This document shows positions 49,246 to 60,889 of a stretch of DNA of 64,000 bases, piece after piece. The notes beneath the pieces are model-generated. The model saw only the letters and a list, made by a program, of their open reading frames with translations, had not been told where the DNA came from and made no database searches. The DNA lies in assembly GCA_001179505.1 (NCBI GenBank), contig CDMY01000235.1:62001-126000 (forward strand), given 5' to 3'. Position 1 is the first letter of the stretch. Each line of letters begins with the position of its first letter. Source of the DNA: Vitrella brassicaformis CCMP3155 (Eukaryota > Protista > Chromerida). A program made the translations under genes and the position numbers.

Positions 49246-50433
49246 CGACGGACAGCTGGTCGTGCAGTACATGGTACTGTTCTCCTCCTGGGTAGATGGC
49301 TCGGTCGCGATGTTCATTTTTTTGTGGGCGTCTTGTTGTCAAATCCGCTGCCCGTTGGGCCCTTCTCATTCCGGCACGGTACGAAGACTGCGTCAGGCTG
49401 AGATGCCGACCGTAGTCTCCGTATCGCGTCGTGTGTCTGGAGGGCCACGCGGGTGGCACCAATGTCGAAGTGACGAGACAGTCAAGGAGGGATGGGTTGC
49501 TGCTGGACTACCGCACGTGGCATGCAACACGAACATTTATGTTGGGGTGATGGCTTCGTGCTGAGTGCCGCGCTGGATTTTTCGTAGCCCACCGGCATCG
49601 AACGCGCGAGTTCCATCTGCAGCTACGGATGGCACTCCTGCGTTCGGTGCCGGTGGGCTACGAAGCATCCAGCACGGCATGACAGACAGGCAGGTTTGAC
49701 CTTGGTGTGGACTGAATGGCCGCTCTCAATCCAATGAATGCAATGCAAGTGGAGGTATGTATTTACAAGCGTTTCACACCTGCAGTCAGAGGGAAGGAGG
49801 AAGGTCAAGTATGCCAGCCATGCAGTGAGTGTCACGGTGCACGAAACACGCGCACGCAGAGGGGCACCGCACCCAATACACATACATGCAGAGCCGCATC
49901 CATCCATCCGCACGAACGACACGCTGGGTCGAATCGTCCGTCAGGGAAGCTTCCCTCCCTGCCTCCGTCTGTTGGCCACTGCTTGCCTTCCGTCCGTCTC
50001 CCCTCCCCACCACCCACCACTCATCGATTTGAACGAAGAGCAGCGGATGGTGCGGCAAGGACGGACAAGGCCAGCAGTGATCGGCAGACATGAAAGCAGG
50101 GTTTGCAAGAAGACATACATCGCCACCCACCGTCCTGTCTGTCTCTTCTCCTCTGGAAAGCCGCAGCTGGTTTGCACTCCCCTGCGATTCCTGCCAACCG
50201 GCAACGGCTGTCGATTTGTCAATGTCCTCACAAACCGACAACCATCACCGCTGCGCAGTTCACCAGCGGATGCAAACCAGGTGCCGTTCGTTCATTATAC
50301 ACATCGACAGCTCTCTCGTCCCTCCCTATCTCTCTCCCCAGCGCGCCAAACACTAATCTAGCAAGCTACACACCACGGGCGGGCAGACACCGCCGATCGT
50401 CCAATCTCCCCCAGCCAGCCCATCCCTCTCCTC

Positions 50434-52806
50434 TCACATGAACCCCTGCGTGTGTGACTGGAATGGCGACGAGTGCGTGTGTGAGGCTGAGGCGGGGGAG
50501 GGGCCGCGCATGCCGGGGAGGTTGTCGCCCAGCACATCTTGTGGCTTGAAGTGCGGATTGTCGCGGAACTCTGAAGGAAGGAGACGGGCGGGCAAGACAA
50601 GAGGCGTTGGTTGTACCATACCATGTGTGTGTGTGTGTGTGTTGTGTGTATGTGCTGCAATGCATGTGTGTAAGGTAGGTACCCATGTAGAGTGTGAGGA
50701 GGACATGCAGTGACTCGACGAGGTTGGTGTAGCAGGGGATGTCCAGGATGCCGCACAGCAGACGGACGTAGTCCTTACCACACAGACAGAGACACGCACA
50801 TGCCATGCATACCCATGACACACACACACGCCCAAACAGGTCTGTGTGGATGGCAGGCACGCACCTGCATGGGCATGTCCAGGTCAGCGAGGTTGAGGTA
50901 CTCGAGGACGGATGACGTGCCGTCGGGGCTGGGCGACTTGAGGAAGTCCTCAAAGTCAGTCGGCCACTCCTGCATCAGACGCTCGATGTCAGGCATCCTG
51001 CACACACGTAACGTACACACACGTGTATATATGCGCATACTCTTTCCTTCTTCTCTCGTGGAATGAATATGTTCTCTCCTGACTGACCTGCGTGTGTATT
51101 GGACGGTGGGTGGCGGCCGCGTGCGGTGCAGATCGCTGATGCGAGCAATCCAGTTCGCTATCTGACACCACACACACAATGTACGAGGGAGGATGCAGTG
51201 GGACTATGTCTGTAGATGCGTGGACGGACACCCATCCCACCGCACCGACTGACCTCCTTGGGATTCTTCTCCGCACTCTCGATGGACCGTATTTCCATTG
51301 GCTGCAGGTTCGTCTGCTTCGATATGGACCGCAGTTTCTGACAAGACCAGCAGCAGAGGCCATTTATGAAGGACTGACTGGTGTGGTGTGGCCCCACTCC
51401 CCCTCTCTCTCTCTCTCGCTGACCAGTTCGAGTACGGGTGGGTCGCTTTGGTTGAGTGCCGGCTCGTCGAGCTTGACAAGCCCCAGACCGTCATCCTTGC
51501 CATCCGGCCGCGGGATCTTGATGAACGCATCAACCTCACCTAAACACAGTCATTGTGACACCAACACAAAGGCCCTGCCTGCCTGCGTGTGTGGGGTAAT
51601 GCAAAGAATGCTCACTCACCGACGGCCGGGATGAAGTCGGGGATGAATGGCTTGAGTTTGGTCTCCAGCTCGATGCTGTGCGGCTTGTACCTTGACACAC
51701 ACAGACAGACAGGCAGACAGGCAGACAGACAGACATCGACCCATGTGTCTGTCTGCCTGTCTGTGCGGTCGTGTCTGTGTGTATCCTGTGTGTGTGTCTG
51801 TGTGACACCTTCTGATGTAGTTAAAGAGCTCTTTGACCTCTGAGCTGACGTCGAGGTTGGCATAGTCGCTCGGGTTATAGCCACCTGCACACAGACACAT
51901 ACACCAAGCATGCTCCATCCTCTCTCTGTCCATTCATGCCGTGAGTGGATGCGTGGATTGGATGGCTTGCCTTGTATTGGTGGAGCCTCTTCGTCTTCCT
52001 CTGACGTCTCCTCCTCACTCTCCTCGTCCTCGTCAGTCTCACGCTTAGCCAGGCCACCCTACACACACACACACACACGCACACAAAGAGACAGACAGAC
52101 AGACAGATACATGAACGCAGATGCGCAAATAACGGCCAGCCACCGACCCGCATCTCTCTCTGTGTGTGTGCTCAATATGTTACTCACCGGCCTAACTCCG
52201 CCCCTCTCGCCCCCGGGCCCGAACAGACCCCCGCTGTCATGATCCTTTTTGCCTGTCGACTCAGAATCGGTCTTGCCTGCACACACGCACACCCATCCGC
52301 AATCACACACGTGCTTGTGAGCATGGCATGGATGCGTCTGTGTTCCCTCTCTGTAGTATAGGTACTTGGAGGCATGGCGGGGTTCCTCGATGCTGGCTGT
52401 GTCGGTGGCCGCTCTTGGCCGGCGGACACGGCGCCGCTCCTGGGAGTCGACAAGCCAGAGTCTGAACCAAGAGACAGACACACACGGGCGAGCGTGTCTG
52501 GGACATGCTCGGGCCACTGAATCTGCCTGTCATCCAGAGAAACAACCACAACTACGTGCCCACCTCACCAGATTGGTCCTCCACCTCAATGGCTTCGTCA
52601 TAGGGCTTGTCCCTGTGTCTGGACTCGCTGACGACGCCTCCCGCCTCCCGCCTCCTCCCCACTCCCCTGCCCTCGCTGCCCTCCTCATCGCCCATCTCAA
52701 AGTCGTTATCCTGATCTCCGCGCCGCTGTCGCAGCGCGCCCTGCAGAGTGTCCTCTTCCTCTTCCTCGTCTGTCCACTCGCCCTCGCCAGGCCTGCTGCT
52801 GGACAT
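50434..52806 (-). CDS. IFT46: Intraflagellar transport protein 46
   Basis: Acidic N-terminus and PYDEAIEV. Conserved core GYNPSDYANLDVSSEVKELFNYIRRYKP...LETKLKPFIPDFIPAVGEVDAFIKIPRPDG...LGL..LDEP, MPDIERLMQEWP, YVRLLCGILDIP...NLVESLHVLLTLY, EFRDNPHF. Confidence 0.95.
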
Positions 52807-52953
52807 CGCGATGGAAGAAACAGGGCAGAAACGCCCGGAGCTCGCTTCGATCGTCCGCAGGGTGGTGAAATGAAGACGGAACGCGCTGGTATGGGCTTTG
52901 TTTGAGGTGCTCGTCACCACTGTCAACAGATCTGGAGAGATCGGCGTCAACCA
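52807..52953. promoter_or_regulatory. Probable bidirectional promoter between IFT46 and the TCD-like gene
   Basis: Divergent ATGs at 52806 (-) and 52954 (+), about 147 bp apart. Confidence 0.5.
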
Positions 52954-54893
52954 ATGGAGCTCAACTCATCGTTTCTCTCCAGGTATCTGCTCACCGGCCT
53001 CGTGGCGGGCACTGCAGTCGGCACGGTCATCGGCTATGCCATCGCGTCACTGACACGAAGGAAGAGCAAGCGCATCGCCATCGACGACGCATCGGCTGCG
53101 CTGGAGAGGGCCCTTGCAACGATGGAAGGCGGCATGCATCACCATGAGCCAAAGAGAGTGAGGAGAGATGGGACTGACGCGAATGCTCACGCGAAGGAGG
53201 AAGAAGAAGCGATGAGGGAGCAGCTGATCAGGAACTACCAGTTCTTCGGTGAGGAGGGGCAGTCCAAGGTTCGCGGTAGCTTTGTTGTGGTCATCGGTCT
53301 GGGCGGCGTCGGCTCTCACTGCGCCGTATCTCTGGCCCGCTCGGGCGTCGGCCACATCCGCATTGTCGACTTCGACCGCGTGAGCCTGTCCAGCCTCAAT
53401 AGGCATGCGTGTGCGACAAGAAGGGAGGTCGGACTGAGCAAGACAGAGGCCATCAGGAGATGCATTCATGCCATATCGCCACACACGAAGGTGGGTGTGT
53501 GGGTGGGTGTGTGGATGGGGGTGTGTGCCGGTCATCGCACCTTTCTGTCTGCCTGTCTGCAGGTGGATGCCCGCGAGACCTTGTTTGAGCTGTCCCAGGC
53601 CGAGTCTCTGCTCGAGGGGCGGCCCGACTATGTGGTTGACTGCATCGACAACGTGCCCACCAAAGTGGACCTGATCGCCTACTGCGTCGAGCACAGCCTC
53701 CCTCTCATCAGCGCGTGCGGCTCTGCGTGCAAGGCCGACCCAACCAAGCTCAGAATCGACGACATCGAAAACACTGTCGAGGTGCGATTTGTCAAGGCAG
53801 CACCTGTATCCACACACACATTGATTGCCTTTGAATGCAATGCGTGTGCAGGACGATTTGGCCCGTGCTGTGCGGGTGCGTCTGCGTCAGCGTGGCATCG
53901 AGCGGGGCGTCATGGTGTGCTACTCGACAGAGAGGACAGAGAGGGCGCTGCTGCCGCTGAGGGACTACCAGGAAGACAACCCTGCCGACTTCGTCCCGCT
54001 GCCCAACTTCAGGGTGCGCATCTTGCCTGTCATCGGTCCGCTGCCGGCCATCATGGGCCAGTCAATCGCTGTGTTTGTGCTGACGTCACTGGCCGACCAG
54101 CCTATTGGGCAGGCGGGCGCTCCAGCTGCAGCTGAGTGGCAGATCAGGCGCAAGAACTACAGGAAGCTCTTCACAGCCGTCAAGACCGCCGTCATATCGT
54201 AAGTCGATAGTCATAGAACAGAAAAGTGCTGTTGCTGTGTGCATCACGTGTGTTGGTGTGTGTTGATGTGTGTGTGCAGGGAGACGAACGACAGGAGTGC
54301 GGCCAATGCGGCCGAGCTGCCTTTCGATGCGTCGTCTTGCCTGTATGTTGATGTGTATGGCGGCAAGTGCGCCATCACACGGCAGACGGGGGTCGTCGGC
54401 ACCCTGGAATTCGTTCCTTGGTACGCACCCACGCACCCACGCACCCACCCACATGCAGGGAACACGGACTCGTGTGGCCTTATGTGTCCCCGCCCGCCTG
54501 CTCTCTTTGTTCAGGCTCTTCGAGAGAGGCCGCATCCGTGAGAGCGTCAGTGCCGAGAAGATGGTCTTGTGCAGTGCCCCAGAGGCCCGGCGGCACCTCT
54601 CAGAAGGCGGCACGGACGACCGCAACCAGCAGCTGTGGGGCCCAGAGACCACTCAGCACGTGCAGCAGCTGATCGACAAGGCCCGAGACGCCCTCAGCAA
54701 GCTGAAGAGCCAGAGCCAGCTAATGAGTGACAGCGATGGTGTGGTTGTCGAGCGAGAGAGGGACTTCGCGAGTGAGAGGGTGGGGGGAGGCCAAAAGAGA
54801 AGTGAGAGGGAGAGAAGGCGCCGTGAGATGGAGGAGGAGGAGGATGGATGTATCCATGAAGGCGGCTGGGATGCACTGTGGGAAGATGAATGA
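52954..54893 (+). CDS. tRNA threonylcarbamoyladenosine dehydratase (TcdA/TCD1-like, ThiF/E1-like family) with N-terminal membrane anchor
   Basis: N-terminal TM YLLTGLVAGTAVGTVIGYAIASL. Motifs EQLIRNYQFFGEEG, VVVIGLGGVGSH, RIVDFDRVSLSSLNRH, PDYVVDCIDN, KADPTKLRIDDI, DDLARAVRVRLR, VCYSTE and RVRILPVIGPLPAIMG. Confidence 0.9.
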
Positions 54894-55108
54894 CGCTTGA
54901 TCGGTTTGGTGTGGTGTGGTGTGGTGTGGGCGCGTGTTGTGACACACATGATGCGGGCTGAGACATGATAGCTCGTTGACTCGTCTGTGAAATCCCACTT
55001 CAATGCCGCATCCGATTGATTACTGTATGAGGCAATCAGCGTGACTACTCACGTGGAGTACGGGCAAATCCAATTTCTCTTCCTTGCCGCAGCTATTCTC
55101 TCTGGCCG

Positions 55109-56857
55109 TCAGTTCATATCCACACACATCAACCATAAATCAGAAGGTCTTCTTATCGCCAAAACCGTCGCTTCTACGCCGACGACACTGCGAGCCCCTC
55201 TGACTCCTCCGCAGACGAAGACGGCACTCTCGGGGAGGAGTCGTAGGGGGAGGAGTCCGACACCACCACCCCCTCTATCCCCTCTGACACCACCAGCCCC
55301 TCTCCGAGCTCCTGGTCGTAGACAACAGCGGCCTGGAAGAAAGCAGAACAAATGCCATGGACACATGCATGCAAGTCTGACCTGGTCTGCAGGTGCCGAG
55401 AAAAATGGCGGCTCCGAGTCGGACGGACACCAGGCCATAAGGATGATGCCCACAAACATGAAGAGCGGCCCTGCAGAGAAGGTGATAAGAGAGAGGGCCC
55501 TTTTGTGTGAGACGACTGTAATGTACCGATGTAGATGTAGACGCTGCCGAGTGTGAAGGCGTCGTCGAATCCGATCATCGCTGACAATAACACAGTGGGC
55601 ATAATGGCCGTGCCACAGCTATGCACCGACAGTTCCTACCCCCTGCAATGCCGGCGAGGCCGAATGAGGCATGAAAGGATGGCAGGAAATCCGTTGATTT
55701 GACTCTTGCGAACACATCGTCATTCATGTAGTACATCTGACAGGCAGAAGGGGACAGAAACACGACAATGTGTGCGTCTGGTGTGTTCTCATGGCCAAAC
55801 ACTGCGTAATGTCATCGAAGCACCAAACCTGAAAAGCCCCTGAGCATATAAAAACCAACACCGCCGGCACGCAATTGGGATCGAACCACGCTGGAGCAGC
55901 TACCATCTGCAAAAGAAACGGGTGCATTACAACATATCTCGACTCACGCAGCCTGTCTACCCACCGCCTTTGTCAGAACGCCAATTTGAGAGCCGATGAG
56001 TCCGCAGATAGCTCCAGAGACCACACCTGAAGGGAAATTGTCATGCTGAGCTGCGTGGTTTCATGCATCTTTCTGCTCACCAAGGATGCGTCTGTACATG
56101 TCAGCGGTCCGGGTGCGGCCTCCGTTGTGTGCGTACCTGAAATACAAAAGGAGGACAGACATGTGCACGGATGGATGTAATGACTGACGATATGCTCTTG
56201 CCTACATACACCATCTGGTTTCTGAGTTTGACACGCCCCCAAATCAGTGCTCCCACTGTGAGGATGAGCAGGGCGATATGCAGCACATAAAACAGCCTCC
56301 AAAAAGCAACGCCAACCTGCCAGGCAAGAGATTTGAGAGCACACAGAGAGCTTTCCTTCTTCGCCTACCGAGTCGTCGTCTTTGTCGCCGAAGGCAAGAA
56401 CGGTAAACCGATACACCAAAGCACCCGAGAAAGCGAAACAGGCACCGGAAACGACTGCTTGGTCGGCCATCTCTCCGTGCATATGCTGAAGAGCCACACA
56501 TAGGTACACGAGCATCCATACATCTTCTTTGTGCACTCACGTAGCTCAACACCGGCGAGAAGAACAATGATGCCGCGGTGTACACAGCATATACAGACCG
56601 ACAGCGCTGCCCACTGTGGTGCACAAGAGCAGAAATAGCGCCTGGGCGATGGTGAAGAGAACGCATCCCCACGCCTTGCTGGAGAAGCCCAACCCCTGGC
56701 GTGAGGCGAGCCCACAACTGCAGATGAAGCCGACAACGGCCGCCACCAGCTGGCTCCATAGGGGTGTCAGCTCCGGCAACCAGCTCTTGATGACATAGAC
56801 GAAGACGAAGAGAAAGCAGATCCAGGCGAATTTTCTCGTTGGCGAACAAAGATCCAT
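55109..56857 (-). CDS. Hypothetical multipass membrane protein
   Basis: Several hydrophobic segments can be joined by GT-AG introns: FAWICFLFVFVYVI, LWSQLVAAVVGFICSCGL, VLFTIAQALFLLLCTTV, VVSGACFAFSGALVY, VAFWRLFYVLHIALLILTVGALIW and FVGIILMAW. The 3' exon phases are unresolved and no family was recognised. Confidence 0.45.
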
Positions 56858-57559
56858 TGTTCGGAGCGTCCCTCTGCGTCACGCGAGCAATGGGGACAAG
56901 AGGTGGAGACGCCCCCAGTTTCCCATGTAAATTCCCTGTTGAGGGGACCAGATGCATGCAAAGCCATGGAAAAATTGCACATTGTCACTCCAATGAACCA
57001 ACGTCTGATGTGACACCATGGAAGACACAAATCCCCCTCCCTAATGTCCGTCTGTCTAGCAACGGTCGCATCAGTGTCTAGCTCGTGTTTGGTGACGGTC
57101 AAGGCGCATCCGCAACCGTGCGCCGGTCACCGACCTAGATACACGGGCACACAGAGAGATAATCGCAAAAATCAATTCGATGTGACATTAGGGATGCACT
57201 TCTTGGGTGCGAAAAGGTGGGTGAGGCACACGAGCTGAGCGGGCAGCAGGCGGAAGTCCCAATGGCCTGCACGCACACGCGTGGGAGACATGCCCGCGTG
57301 GGAGACATGCCATGGAACGAGTCTCACTGTTGGCCACATATGTCGCCATCGCACTCACGTGGTCAAGGGACTGATCGAACCAAAAGGGAAAAATCACGTG
57401 AAGTGGGCGCATTTACATCGGTGGTCAGTGTATGTCTGATTGACCTTTCTGGGTATGTCGTGGTCCACAAAGGAGAGAGCTGTCAGCACAATGGCGGGAA
57501 CAAATCCAATCTGACACACACAACGCACGACAGCACAAGACAACACAACACGCCCTCAG

Positions 57560-58530
57560 ATTGTGCTGGAGCCTGATGCTGAGCGGGGCATCGAATATCC
57601 TAACCATTTGGAAACTCAGAGGCAGCCTTAGAAGCCCTCTGCCCCTGAGACACAACCATTCCACAAACATTACACACACAGCCCGTCCCTTCCAATGCTG
57701 TATGCCCGTCCGTGACGTACCTGAAGAGTGGGAGTGCGGCAACAAGGCTTCTGGATATGATGGCTGGCCCAGTGTCCTTCTTGACGAAACGCCACCGATA
57801 CGAGAGAGACAGTCTGGTGGATAGACAGCAAATGGGAAGGGGGGGAGGGAGGGCGCGTCTGTGCACACGTACGCACCGTCTTGCGAGCAAGTAGGTGCTG
57901 AGGCTCCAACGCACGACATTCCCCAGCAAAAAACCGCTGCCTCGTGCACGAAGGTGCAGGCATAATCTGAAATGTATATGCGGACGTGCAGATGTATGGC
58001 AGCTATGCTGCTTAGCTCAACCCACTCTCTTACCGGTGAGTTGTGTGCAGCAGCTCATGAGCTCGGGCGCGTCTGCGACGGCCAGCAGCATGAGCCACAG
58101 TGCGGTCCGGACGCCCGTCCTCGAGTGGAGGGGCATGAAGCGAGGATGCCACTGTCGACAAAACGCATACAACGCTGCACACACGCATACACACGCACGG
58201 AGACACGAGTGCCTCATTCTGTCTCTGCGTGTGTTCGTGTCTACCAGTGGTGAAGGCCAATGTGAGTCCGATTGGTCCGATGAAGATCATCGTTCGTCCA
58301 CTGAAGACCGAGTATGCCACGCCGCCCCGGCCACCTGCGACCAGGAAGTCGAACACTCCCATGCTGCCCCCTGTGATGGACGCAGCGATGCCGCTGAAGG
58401 TCATTACAGGCGGCAGGCAGGCCAAGTGCATGAATAGCATCTGAGTATCGACTTGAGCCGCCAGCCGTCCAGCCAGTCCGCCTCGTGGGAGTGTTTTTGA
58501 TTGACGACTGATGTCTAACGCGGCTCTTGG
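57560..58530 (-). pseudogene. Degenerate SLC4 (HCO3- cotransporter / BOR-like anion exchanger) gene fragment
   Basis: DWLDGWRLKSI needs a frameshift to reach MLFMHLACLPPVMTFSGIAASITGGSMGVFDFLVAGGRGGVAYSVFSGRTMIFIGPIGLTLAFT, which matches the SLC4 TM1-3 pattern SDF.DG..K...FLYFACL.P.ITFGG...MGV.E....SGQP. Further pieces are RFMPLHSRTGVRTALWLMLLAV...MSCCTQLT and KDTGPAII. The C-terminal half is not seen. Confidence 0.7.
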
Positions 58531-58559
58531 TCGTGTTCGTGCAACACGGATGGGATGAG

Positions 58560-59510
58560 ACAAGATGGCGTTGAGATTCAGCTCCAGCAATGCTTCAAGT
58601 GGCCTAGATGAAGGGGGCGAGGGGGGACGGGACGGCACTTGATAGCAGTTGACACGCAAACACAGCGATGAGCCGATCAGTCGCCTCTCTATGATGGGTA
58701 CCCCAGGCGGGTCGAGAAAGAAGGACCACGTATGGAGCACTGTGTGTTGACACATATCAAGAAGATCGCATCGCAGGCCCTGAGAATGATCCGGACCACT
58801 GCATCCAGGACGACGCAAACTCCAGCAAGACTATCAGCTCAGCAGCGTCTAACACGGGCACAGGTGGGGGAAGGGGGAATGGGGGATAGCGGATGAAGGG
58901 GGCTAGGGGAGGAGAGGCGGAGGGGCTCAGCTTGGGGGCTGGCACTTGAGGCTGCCGAAACGCAAAGCCGGCGATGAGCCGAGCAGTCACCTCTCTTAAA
59001 TGATGGGTGCCCCAGACGGGTCAGATCAGAGGAAGGTATCCCAGGCGGGCCAGGTCAGAGTAATGGCTGCGGATGAAATACCCCCAGTTGACCGTGACAC
59101 TCACGAAGCAGAGAGCACAGGAGGTCCAGAGGATGGCTCGGACAACTGCCCCCAAGACGACGACAAACTCCAGCAAGGCCATGACGACGACAAAGTCTGC
59201 AGGAAGACGGGGCGATAGTTCCCTTCAGCAATCCTCTGACGTAGATAAGGGGGGCTGGGGGATAGCAGTTGACGCTCACAGGCAGCGATGAGCCTAGCGG
59301 TCGCCTCTCTATGATGGGTATCCCAGGCGGGTTGGGTACGAGGGACGGCCGTATATCGAATACTCTGTGTTGACGTTACAACCAAGCAAGAAGAGAATAT
59401 AGCAGGTGAGGACGATGGCTCGGACCGTTACATCCAAGACGACGACAAAGTCCAAGGCCATTGGCGTTGAGAATCAGCTCCAGGAATGCTTCGAGTGAAG
59501 TGGGGGTAAG
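58560..59510. repeat. Degenerate tandem repeat, about three copies of a roughly 280-340 bp unit
   Basis: Motif gcgatgagcc...gtc(g/a)cctctct..atgatgggt.cccag.cggg recurs near 58665, 58970 and 59285. Motif gatggctcggac....ccaagacgacgacaaa.tcca recurs near 58790, 59130 and 59413. Confidence 0.75.
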
Positions 59511-60825
59511 TGGGGGAAGGGAGGGTCAGCAGATCAGTAGCCCTGGAGCCAGAAGTGGTAGTCCAGCGTGCGAAAAAAGATGATGCAGTACTCAATGAAG
59601 GCTCCGAGGAGGTAGATGGCGAGACCGCCGTTGATGACCACCGTCAAGACGTGGGCTATGATGAGCTCCATGGGGAATGACAAAGACGATATCAGAATGC
59701 TGATTTGGTCAATGGTTTTGATGGACGGGCTGGGGGGAGAGGCCCCAAACTTGTGGGGCCGACGTAAACATTCGTCCCGACAAGTCGGTCTGTCCGGTTC
59801 CATCACACACCTTACACACNNNNNNNNNNNNNNNNNNNNNNNNNNNNNNNNNNNNNNNNNNNNNNNNNNNNNNNNNNNNNNNNNNNNNNNNNNNNNNNNN
59901 NNNNNNNNNNNNNNNNNNNNNNNNNNNNNNNNNNNNNNNNNNNNNNNNNNNNNNNNNNNNNNNNNNNNNNNNNNNNNNNNNNNNNNNNNNNNNNNNNNNN
60001 NNNNNNNNNNNNNNNNNNNNNNNNNNNNNNNNNNNNNNNNNNNNNNNNNNNNNNNNNNNNNNNNNNNNNNNNNNNNNNNNNNNNNNNNNNNNNNNNNNNN
60101 NNNNNNNNNNNNNNNNNNNAGCACAGGAGGTCCAGAGGATGGCTCGGACAACTGCCCCCAAGACGACGACAAACTCCAGCAAGGCCATGACGACGACAAA
60201 GTCTGCAGGAAGACGGGGCGATAGTTCCCTTCAGCAATCCTCTGACGTAGATAAGGGGGGCTGGGGGATAGCAGTTGACGCTCACAGGCAGCGATGAGCC
60301 TAGCGGTCGCCTCTCTATGATGGGTATCCCAGGCGGGTTGGGTACGAGGGACGGCCGTATATCGAATACTCTGTGTTGACGTTACAACCAAGCAAGAAGA
60401 GAATATGGCAGGTGATGACGATGGCTCGGACCATTACATCCAAGACGACGACAAATTCCAAGGCCATTGGCGTTGAGAATCAGCTCCAGGAATGCTTCGA
60501 GTGAAGTGGGGGTAAGTGGGGGAAGGGAGGGTCAGCAGATCAGTAGCCCTGGAGCCAGAAGTGGTAGTCCAGCGTGCGAAAAAAGATGATGCAGTACTCA
60601 ATGAAGGCTCCGAGGAGGTAGATGGCGAGACCGCCGTTGATGACCACCGTCAAGACGTGGGCTATGATGAGCTCCATGGGGAATGACAAAGACGATATCA
60701 GAATGCTGATTTGGTCAATGGTTTTGATGGACGGGCTGGGGGGAGAGGCCCCAAACTTGTGGGGCCGACGTAAACATTCGTCCCGACAAGTCGGTCTGTC
60801 CGGTTCCATCACACACCTTACACAC
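59114..60825 (+). repeat. 706-bp near-identical direct duplication (59114-59819 and 60120-60825) flanking an assembly gap
   Basis: Both copies start agcacaggaggtccagagg and end cacaccttacacac. I see four substitutions clustered near 59400-59455 versus 60406-60461. Confidence 0.9.
59820..60119. other. Assembly gap (300 N)
   Basis: Run of N characters. Confidence 1.
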
Positions 60826-60889
60826 CAGCACCACGCACCATCAGGCCTGACTTCATTTCTCAGTCAACCTCTTCGAACGAGTCGACTTC

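Noticed and set aside
56380-56470. VVSGACFAFSG resembling the rhomboid GxSG motif
   Set aside because: The other rhomboid motifs (WR, HxxxN, catalytic His) were not found.
57278-57311. 17-bp direct repeat, two copies (cgcgtgggagacatgcc)
   Set aside because: Simple tandem duplication with no associated transposase or inverted repeats.
59534-60391. ORFs spanning the N gap (285, 202, 159 and 157 aa)
   Set aside because: They are artefacts of translating through 300 N.
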